45,226 nucleotides of DNA, taken from sequence record SRR20825006_727; one strand, written 5' to 3'. The notes below the pieces were generated by a model that was not told where the DNA came from, searched no databases, and saw only the letters and a list, made by a program, of their open reading frames with translations. The translations under genes and the position numbers were made by a program. This document shows, in pieces, positions 38,274 through 45,226 of this stretch; position 1 is the first letter of the stretch, and every line of letters starts with the position of its first letter.

Positions 38274-38827
38274 GTTCAGTTTATACGGCAATAGAAGCTT
38301 TAAAAGAAGGAAAAACAATTCTTTATCCTACAGATACCATCTGGGGATTGGGCTGTGATGCAACAAACGAAGATGCTTGTCAACGAATTAATGAAATCAA
38401 GCATCGACCAGAAAACAAGAGTTTTATCGTTCTCGTGGATAGTTTTCGGATGTTGGAACGATACATTCCTGATTTTCATGAAATCTGCTACGATTTGGTG
38501 GATTTAGCTACGCGACCGCTAACCATTATTTATCCTACTGCTAAAGGTTTGGCTCCATCTGTTTTGGCTGAAGATGGTTCTGTTGGAATTCGATTAACGA
38601 CTGATCCGATCTGTGTAAAACTCATTCAACACTTGAAAAAGCCAATTGTAAGTACTTCGGCAAATCTTTCTGGTGATTCAATTGCTCGCGCATTTTCAGA
38701 AATTCATCAAGAAATAAAGCAGAATGTCGACGCCATTGTAGAGGAGCGACTGACAGAAGTTTGCTCTACGCCTTCTCAGATTATTAAAATCGGATTGAAC
38801 GGAAGTGTGGTTGTGATTCGGAAGTAG
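38270..38827 (+). CDS. tsaC: L-threonylcarbamoyladenylate synthase (TsaC/YrdC/Sua5 domain)
   Basis: [20 protein letters not shown] (KxR) and STSANLSG. Start ATG 38270 overlaps the trmD stop. Confidence 0.88.
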   Translation: MSSVYTAIEALKEGKTILYPTDTIWGLGCDATNEDACQRINEIKHRPENKSFIVLVDSFRMLERYIPDFHEICYDLVDLATRPLTIIYPTAKGLAPSVLAEDGSVGIRLTTDPICVKLIQHLKKPIVSTSANLSGDSIARAFSEIHQEIKQNVDAIVEERLTEVCSTPSQIIKIGLNGSVVVIRK

Positions 38828-38895
38828 TTAGTTGTTGTTTCTTATTGACGTTTTATTCTTTGTACGCTGCCGCGCAGCAAAAACGTTGGTCATCC

Positions 38896-38919
38896 CCCTA
38901 GCCCCCTTCGAAGGGGGAA
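38896..38919 (+). repeat. REP-like palindrome, same family as 33805-33826
   Basis: ccctag-cccccttcgaaggggg-aa; perfect 16-bp palindrome at 38902-38917. Confidence 0.6.
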
Positions 38920-38953
38920 CAAGTTACCGTTACAAAAAAAGTGTGTCTAAAAT

Positions 38954-38986
38954 AAAAAAACCGAACACGTTTCCATGCTCGGCTAT
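38954..38986 (-). terminator. Intrinsic terminator of rocD
   Basis: Minus strand AGCCGAGCAUG-GAAA-CGUGUUCGGUU followed by a U-run. Confidence 0.8.
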
Positions 38987-39011
38987 TTTAAGTTCTCTTA
39001 ATGAGAATTCT

Positions 39012-40268
39012 TTATCTCTTGAAATCCATGATGGTTCTTTCGATAATTGCTACGCACTCCATGAGTTGTGCTTCTGTCATTACCAATGGTGGTGCAAATC
39101 GAATAATATTCCCATGAGTTGGTTTCGCTAAAAGTCCATTTTCTTTTAATGCAACGCACAAGTTCCAAGCTGTTTGACTCTCCTCTGTATCGTTGACGAT
39201 GATTGCGTTTAACAAACCGCGTCCTCTCACTTTTAATACTAAATCCGTATTTCCTATGATGCGATTCATTTCACTTCTGAAAATGTTTCCAAGGCGATCA
39301 GCGTTCTTTGCCAATTCTTCATCTTTCACGACTTCCAATGCTGCAATCGCGACCTTTGAAGCTACAGGATTTCCTCCAAATGTAGAGCCATGTTGACCTG
39401 GTTTGATCACCATCATAATCTCATCATCAGCTAAAACTGCTGAAACAGGATATGCTCCTCCAGAAAGTGCTTTTCCAAGGATTAAAATATCTGGATGAAC
39501 TTCTTCATGATCTACTGCAAGAATTCGCCCTGTTCGCGCTACTCCTGTTTGAACTTCGTCTGCAATGAAAAGTGCATTATTTGCTTTACACAATTCTGAT
39601 GCTTTTTTAAGATATCCATCGCTAGGAACGTAAACTCCTGCTTCACCTTGAATTGGCTCTACAAGGAATCCAGCAACATTCTCTTGTTTTAATGCTGCTT
39701 CCAAAGCATCCAAATCATCGTAAGGAATTTGTATGAATCCTGGTGTGTATGGTCCGAAGTTTTTATTCGCTACCGGATCGTTTGAAAAAGAAATGATCGT
39801 AGTCGTTCTTCCGTGGAAGTTTCCTTCACACACTATAATTTTTGCTTGATTCTCCGCAATTCCTCTTTTCTCGTATGCCCATTTTCTGCACAACTTGATT
39901 GCAGTTTCAACCGCTTCAGCTCCAGTATTCATTGGAAGTACTTTGTCGAAACCAAAGAAATCGGTTACATATTTTTCGTAAGGTCCAAGAGCATCATTGT
40001 AAAATGCGCGTGATGTCAACGTTAGTGTTTGTGCTTGTTCCATCATTGCACCAACAATTTTCGGGTGACAATGTCCTTGATTCACTGCTGAATATGCCGA
40101 TAAAAAATCGTAATATTTTCTTCCTTCTACGTCCCAAACATGTACTCCTTCTCCACGAGCGAGCACCACCTCAAGCGGGTGATAGTTATGGGCTCCGTGC
40201 TTATCTTCGAGAGCAATTAATTCTTTCGACGTCATTTTTTCTTCCGTGATCGTACTCATACGTTCCAT
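39012..40268 (-). CDS. rocD: Ornithine--oxo-acid aminotransferase
   Basis: [49 protein letters not shown] (PLP Lys) and HGSTFGGNP. Confidence 0.95.
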   Translation of the reverse strand: MERMSTITEEKMTSKELIALEDKHGAHNYHPLEVVLARGEGVHVWDVEGRKYYDFLSAYSAVNQGHCHPKIVGAMMEQAQTLTLTSRAFYNDALGPYEKYVTDFFGFDKVLPMNTGAEAVETAIKLCRKWAYEKRGIAENQAKIIVCEGNFHGRTTTIISFSNDPVANKNFGPYTPGFIQIPYDDLDALEAALKQENVAGFLVEPIQGEAGVYVPSDGYLKKASELCKANNALFIADEVQTGVARTGRILAVDHEEVHPDILILGKALSGGAYPVSAVLADDEIMMVIKPGQHGSTFGGNPVASKVAIAALEVVKDEELAKNADRLGNIFRSEMNRIIGNTDLVLKVRGRGLLNAIIVNDTEESQTAWNLCVALKENGLLAKPTHGNIIRFAPPLVMTEAQLMECVAIIERTIMDFKR

Positions 40269-40286
40269 TTATTTAAAGTGACTCGT

Positions 40287-40334
40287 TCATCTCGGAGAAC
40301 GAATATCCTTTCCTCGTTTAGGGAGAGAAATCAT
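40287..40334 (-). CDS. Candidate leader peptide (uORF) of rocD, 15 aa: MISLPKRGKDIRSPR
   Basis: ATG 10 nt after the TATTTTTG promoter element; stop 18 nt before the rocD start; 3 Arg and 2 Pro codons. Confidence 0.4.
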   Translation of the reverse strand: MISLPKRGKDIRSPR

Positions 40335-40344
40335 CCAAGAATTA

Positions 40345-40352
40345 CAAAAATA
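40345..40352 (-). promoter_or_regulatory. -7 promoter element for rocD
   Basis: TATTTTTG on the minus strand. Confidence 0.55.
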
Positions 40353-40407
40353 GGGGTTTGTCCTTAAAATTTCAACTCAAAACCCAGTTATCGTTAGAAA
40401 CCTTTAA

Positions 40408-43086
40408 TTAAAACAACTTCGGCTGATCATCATCGTCTGGATCTGTCATGTCCCATTCTACTGTAGTAGCCGACTCATCGTCATCTCCTTCATCATCACC
40501 ATTGCTTTCTTTTGGTTCTGGTTTCTTAGGTTCTGGCCAAGGTTCTTCACCGTCTATTGGTTCGGTAAGTACAATTTCCTTCACTTTTAACTTCGTTATT
40601 TGGTTTCCTTGCGACTTCATTCCTTTTAAGTCAATGAAATCGGCCATATTAATCTCCGTGTCTGGAAGGTTTTTAGTCGCTTTCAGCAATTTGTTGTAAA
40701 CAACTCTGACTTTCGGTTGATACGCCGTTGATACACAATCCATTACCGCACCTTCCACTTCTCCAATGAACAATACTTTCTTGTCGGAAGTAATCTCGCA
40801 CTGAAAACGTTTACCGTAATGCATATCCTTTTCTGGATCGTAGTACACCGTGGTGATTGCGCGATCTGGATGCCATTTCTCTATGTGAACCAAATCGTCA
40901 TCGAAATGGTTGGCAAGATCAAAGCTCGATAAACGGTAATGTCCCGATTTATATAAGGTCAGAATTTTCTCTTCACCTTTAAATTGACCGAGGAATTTCC
41001 CACGTTGTTCGTCGTTCAATCGACCTACCACTTCATCGTACCAGATTTTTCTAGCGGCAAGCGTTGATCCACCGACCTCTTTCTGAATAATTTTGGAAAC
41101 GATTTCTTTCGTCACACGGTTTCCAGAAGCAGCTCGACCTTTGATTAATAAATCTCCTAAATCGATGTCGAATTTGAGTCGTTTCAGGTGTGGACGTGCT
41201 CGTAAAATGATTGTCACAACTTCTCGTTCTCCATTCGGATGAACATTGAAATAAAGCACTTTTGAACCTTTCGTTCCTTTTGTGAGATCGTATTCCGTGT
41301 CTCTTGTCACCGAATTCACATTGAAACGCTTCATCATTGTTGGACCGCCAGCACCGTCTTGATACATTAAATGGTAAACAGTGCGCTTATCGCCTTTTTT
41401 CCAAACATTTGCATAGATAATTCCCTTGCCGACAAACTTCTTATCTGTCACTTTGGAAACCATAAATTTCCCTGAGGCAAAGAAAACAATGACATCATCA
41501 ATGTCGGAGCAATCCGAAACGTACTCTGCCTTTTTAAGTCCATGACCAACGAATCCTTCTTCGTAATCGACGTATAACTTCTTATTCGCGATAATTACTT
41601 TCGTTGCATTAATCGAATCGAACGCTCGAATTTCCGTCTTGCGGTCTCTTCCTTCTCCAAAACGTTTTTTCAGGTCTTTGAAGTATTCAATAACGTACTC
41701 AATTAAGTTCGCCAAATTATTCTTCACCTCTTCCATTTCCGCCTCAATCTTCGCTATCACGTCGTCTGCTTTGCTCGCATCGAAACGTGTAATTCTGATC
41801 ATCGGAATCTGCGTCAATTTTTGTAAATCTTCGTCTTGAATCTCTCTGATTAATTGCTTTTTGAAAGGCTCAAAAGCTTTGTACATATATACATACAGAC
41901 TTTCTCTATCAGAATATTTCTTAAAGTCGATGTACATTTCTTCGTTGATGAAAATTTTCTCTAACGTAGAAAAATGCCATTGGCGTTGAAGTTCATCCAA
42001 ACGGATTTCCAGCTCCCATTTCAATAATTGAACAGTATTGTCCGTATTGATTCTTAAGATTTCTGTTACACCTAAAAATCGTGGTGTATCTCCATCGATA
42101 ATGGATGAGTTTGGCGAAATTGATACTTCACAATCTGTAAAAGCGTACAATGCATCTAGCGTTTTATCCGGAGAAACTCCAGGCGCTAAATGAATAATTA
42201 CTTCTGCATCTGCGGCAGTATTATCTTCTATTTTCTTGATTTTAATCTTCCCTTTATCGTTCGCTTTCAAAATCGAGTCGATGAGAGAAGTCGTTGTTCC
42301 AATTGGAACTTCGTGGATGACTAAGGTTTTGGAATCTAATTTTTTGATTCTTGCTCTTAATCGAATTTTCCCACCGCGAAGTCCATCGTTGTAATTCGAA
42401 AAGTCGGCCATCCCTCCATTCAAGAAATCTGGTAAAAGCACGACTTTTTTACCTCTCAAATGGTTAATCGACTGTTCAATGAGTTCGTTGAAGTTATGTG
42501 GCATAATTTTACATGCCATTCCAACTGCAATTCCTTCTGCTCCTTGCGCTAATAAAAGCGGGAATTTAACTGGAAGTTGATCCGGTTCTTTGTTTCTCCC
42601 GTCATAACTACTCAGCCATTTCGTTGTTTTTGGATTAAACACAACATGCGAAGCAAACTTCGAGAGTCGCGCCTCAATGTAACGGGCCGCTGCCGCTCCA
42701 TCTCCAGTTAGTGTATTTCCCCAGTTTCCTTGACAATCAATCAACAAGTCCTTTTGTCCTAGTTGGACCAGCGCATCTCCAATGGAAGCGTCCCCGTGCG
42801 GGTGAAACTTCATTGTATTTCCGATGATATTCGCCACTTTATTGTAACGTCCATCGTCCATTTCCTTCATAGAATGGAGAATCCTTCGTTGTACAGGTTT
42901 TAGACCATCAAACAATGAAGGTACCGCACGTTCTAGAATTACATAAGATGCATAGTCGAGAAACCAATTTTGATACAATCCATTAACTGGAATAATCTTA
43001 TCGTCAACCGCTTTGCTTTCGAGACCATCCTCTTGCGGATCTTCATTCATTTCGTTCTCTAATTCCTCGTTTTCGTCTTCAGCCAT
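40408..43086 (-). CDS. parC: DNA topoisomerase IV subunit A (Bacteroidota type)
   Basis: DGLKPVQRRIL, HPHGDAS and AAARYIEARL (catalytic Tyr); no GyrA-box seen; directly downstream of the B subunit. Confidence 0.88.
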   Translation of the reverse strand: MAEDENEELENEMNEDPQEDGLESKAVDDKIIPVNGLYQNWFLDYASYVILERAVPSLFDGLKPVQRRILHSMKEMDDGRYNKVANIIGNTMKFHPHGDASIGDALVQLGQKDLLIDCQGNWGNTLTGDGAAAARYIEARLSKFASHVVFNPKTTKWLSSYDGRNKEPDQLPVKFPLLLAQGAEGIAVGMACKIMPHNFNELIEQSINHLRGKKVVLLPDFLNGGMADFSNYNDGLRGGKIRLRARIKKLDSKTLVIHEVPIGTTTSLIDSILKANDKGKIKIKKIEDNTAADAEVIIHLAPGVSPDKTLDALYAFTDCEVSISPNSSIIDGDTPRFLGVTEILRINTDNTVQLLKWELEIRLDELQRQWHFSTLEKIFINEEMYIDFKKYSDRESLYVYMYKAFEPFKKQLIREIQDEDLQKLTQIPMIRITRFDASKADDVIAKIEAEMEEVKNNLANLIEYVIEYFKDLKKRFGEGRDRKTEIRAFDSINATKVIIANKKLYVDYEEGFVGHGLKKAEYVSDCSDIDDVIVFFASGKFMVSKVTDKKFVGKGIIYANVWKKGDKRTVYHLMYQDGAGGPTMMKRFNVNSVTRDTEYDLTKGTKGSKVLYFNVHPNGEREVVTIILRARPHLKRLKFDIDLGDLLIKGRAASGNRVTKEIVSKIIQKEVGGSTLAARKIWYDEVVGRLNDEQRGKFLGQFKGEEKILTLYKSGHYRLSSFDLANHFDDDLVHIEKWHPDRAITTVYYDPEKDMHYGKRFQCEITSDKKVLFIGEVEGAVMDCVSTAYQPKVRVVYNKLLKATKNLPDTEINMADFIDLKGMKSQGNQITKLKVKEIVLTEPIDGEEPWPEPKKPEPKESNGDDEGDDDESATTVEWDMTDPDDDDQPKLF

Positions 43087-43089
43087 TGA

Positions 43090-44976
43090 TTATGATGCTT
43101 TTTCCAATTCTTCGGATGATTCCGATTCACTTTCTTTTTCTTCGATATCTTCCTCTACACGAAGATTCTCAATAATAAACTCTTGTCGTTCTGGCGTATT
43201 CTTACCCATGTAGTAGGATAAAATCGAATCTATTGATGCTTCTTTTGAGAGAATTACTGGTTCAAGACGAATATCCTCACCAATAAAATATTTAAACTCA
43301 TCTGGCGAGATCTCTCCTAATCCTTTAAATCGCGTGATTTCTGGATTTCTACCTAGTTCAGCGATTGCATTTCTTCGTTCAAGATCTGAATAACAATAGA
43401 TAGTTTTCTTTTTATTTCTTACTCTAAACAGTGGCGTTGAGAGGACATAGACATGATTTCTTTTCACCAAATCGGGGAAGAACTGCAAGAAAAATGTCAA
43501 TAAGAGCATTCGAATGTGCATTCCATCGACATCGGCATCGGTAGCGATTACAATTTTGTTGTAGCGCAAATCGTCCATATCGTCTTCGATATTCAGTGCT
43601 GCTTGAATCAGGTTAAATTCTTCGTTTTCATACACCACTTTCTTCGTCAAACCATAACTGTTGAGCGGCTTTCCTCTCAGTGAGAAGACAGCTTGCGTGT
43701 TCACATCTCGTGATTTTGTAATAGACCCACTCGCCGAATCTCCCTCGGTAATAAACAACGTTGTCGCTTCTCTTCGTTCGTCTTTGGCATCCGTGAGGTG
43801 AACGCGGCAATCTCTCAGTTTCTTATTGTGAAGACTTGACTTTTTAGCGCGATCTCTAGCGATTTTTCTAATTCCCGAAAGCTCTTTACGCTCTTTCTCC
43901 GACTGCTTGATTTTACGCTCTAACGTTTCTGCTACAGCAGGATGACGGTGCAAGAAATTATCTAGCTTTTCCTTCAAAAAGTCGTTTACAAACGCACGCA
44001 TCGATTTTCCATCAGGTTCAATTTCCATAGAACCTAGCTTCGTTTTTGTTTGTGATTCAAAAACAGGCTCTATCACCTTCACAGCAACTGCAGCAACGAT
44101 GGACTGTCGAATATCTGATGCTTCATAGTTTTTCCCGTAAAAATCGCGGATCACCTTTGCAACTGACTCACGAAAAGCACTTTGATGTGTTCCTCCTTGG
44201 GTTGTGTGTTGCCCATTTACGAACGAATAGTAATCTTCTCCGTATGTTTTTCCATGCGTAAGTGCGACTTCAATATCGTCACCTTCGAGGTGGATAATTG
44301 GGTATAATGGATCTCCGTCCATGTTGTTTTCCAACAAGTCTTTCAATCCATTCTTTGAAATAAATTTTTGTCCGTTTAGCGTTATTGTCAACCCACGATT
44401 GAGGTAACAATAATTCCAAATCATTCGCTCCAAATAGGCCGTTTTAAAAGCATACTTTCTGAAGATTTGCTCATCCGCAATGAACTCAACATAAGTTCCA
44501 TCTGGCTCATCCGTTTTCACAATGTCCAGATCTTCTACCAACTCACCACGTTCGAAGCGCGCTTGTTTCTTATCTCCGTTTCTTACAGCGTACACCATAA
44601 AATGGGAGGACAATGCATTGACTGCTTTTGTCCCGACGCCATTTAATCCTACGGATTTCTTAAATGCTTTTGAATCGTACTTTCCACCAGTATTAATCTG
44701 CGACACGCAATCGATCACTTTTCCCAAGGGAATTCCACGACCAAAATCGCGCACTGTGACCATTCCATCTTTCACTTTCACATCCACTCGCTTGCCATTT
44801 CCCATGACGAACTCATCGATGCAATTATCGACAACTTCCTTTGCGAGAATATAGATTCCATCGTCAGCTGAAGCTCCATCTCCTAACTTACCGATGTACA
44901 TCCCTGGTCGAAGCCGAATATGTTCCTTCCAATCGAGGGAGCGAATATTGTCTTCTGTATATTGATTTTCTGCCAT
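43090..44976 (-). CDS. parE: DNA topoisomerase IV subunit B
   Basis: [54 protein letters not shown] and RFKGLGEI. Confidence 0.9.
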   Translation of the reverse strand: MAENQYTEDNIRSLDWKEHIRLRPGMYIGKLGDGASADDGIYILAKEVVDNCIDEFVMGNGKRVDVKVKDGMVTVRDFGRGIPLGKVIDCVSQINTGGKYDSKAFKKSVGLNGVGTKAVNALSSHFMVYAVRNGDKKQARFERGELVEDLDIVKTDEPDGTYVEFIADEQIFRKYAFKTAYLERMIWNYCYLNRGLTITLNGQKFISKNGLKDLLENNMDGDPLYPIIHLEGDDIEVALTHGKTYGEDYYSFVNGQHTTQGGTHQSAFRESVAKVIRDFYGKNYEASDIRQSIVAAVAVKVIEPVFESQTKTKLGSMEIEPDGKSMRAFVNDFLKEKLDNFLHRHPAVAETLERKIKQSEKERKELSGIRKIARDRAKKSSLHNKKLRDCRVHLTDAKDERREATTLFITEGDSASGSITKSRDVNTQAVFSLRGKPLNSYGLTKKVVYENEEFNLIQAALNIEDDMDDLRYNKIVIATDADVDGMHIRMLLLTFFLQFFPDLVKRNHVYVLSTPLFRVRNKKKTIYCYSDLERRNAIAELGRNPEITRFKGLGEISPDEFKYFIGEDIRLEPVILSKEASIDSILSYYMGKNTPERQEFIIENLRVEEDIEEKESESESSEELEKAS

Positions 44977-45226
44977 TTAGCTTGTTTTGTTGGAGTGGTA
45001 TAAATTTAAGTAACGAAAGTCGTTTTAACGGCTATTCTCGGGAGTTTTTATCCACTAAACCCTTGTTAACAACTGTGTTTTGACACTATTATTCACCACT
45101 CCTGTCCGACAAAACTATTTTATGATCTATAATGTTCTCATTGACTAGGAGTTTAATAGCTTCGTGTATAAGCTTGAGTTTTCTTTCCACCTGCATTTGG
45201 AAACTTGAAAATTACGTTTCATTCCA

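Noticed and set aside
38832-39131. 99-aa plus-strand ORF after tsaC
   Set aside because: Runs through a REP-like palindrome, the rocD terminator and antisense into rocD; likely spurious.
40408-44976. Calling the pair gyrB-gyrA
   Set aside because: No GyrA-box is visible and both sequences look like the divergent Bacteroidota topoisomerase IV type; a phylogeny would settle it.
45145-45226. Possible 3' end of a gene entering from the right edge on the minus strand
   Set aside because: Only about 26 open codons with no recognisable motif; cannot be supported from this window.

Overview
Chromosomal window from a Bacteroidota bacterium, probably Flavobacteriales. This is inferred from T9SS C-terminal sorting domains, TAnnTTTG -7 promoter elements, A-rich start contexts without Shine-Dalgarno sequences, and Bacteroidota-type parE/parC and M49 peptidase. 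It holds about 38 ordinary CDSs: the dnaX tail, nth, amn, a metY-metX-hom-yeeE-yeeE-osmC sulfur/methionine operon, lhgO, trmD-tsaC, rocD, parE-parC, a LytS/LytTR pair beside a large T9SS cargo protein, and several surface proteins and lipoproteins. I saw no rRNA, tRNA, CRISPR array, transposase or phage genes. The most striking element is the metY leader on the minus strand. A SAM-I riboswitch is followed 8 nt later by an unannotated 39-codon ORF ending MCCCCMCC-stop, then by mutually exclusive 1:2 / 2:3 / 3:4 hairpins. This looks like a riboswitch-gated Met/Cys ribosome attenuator, i.e. a two-input logic gate. Other candidates are an Arg/Pro-containing uORF ahead of rocD, two 7-8-nt-periodic GAY arrays that resemble Rho loading sites, two REP-like palindrome families, an endonuclease III without Fe-S cluster cysteines, and tandem ExbD-like lipoproteins sharing a near-identical 55-nt patch. 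All protein calls come from motif recognition by eye; no searches were run.
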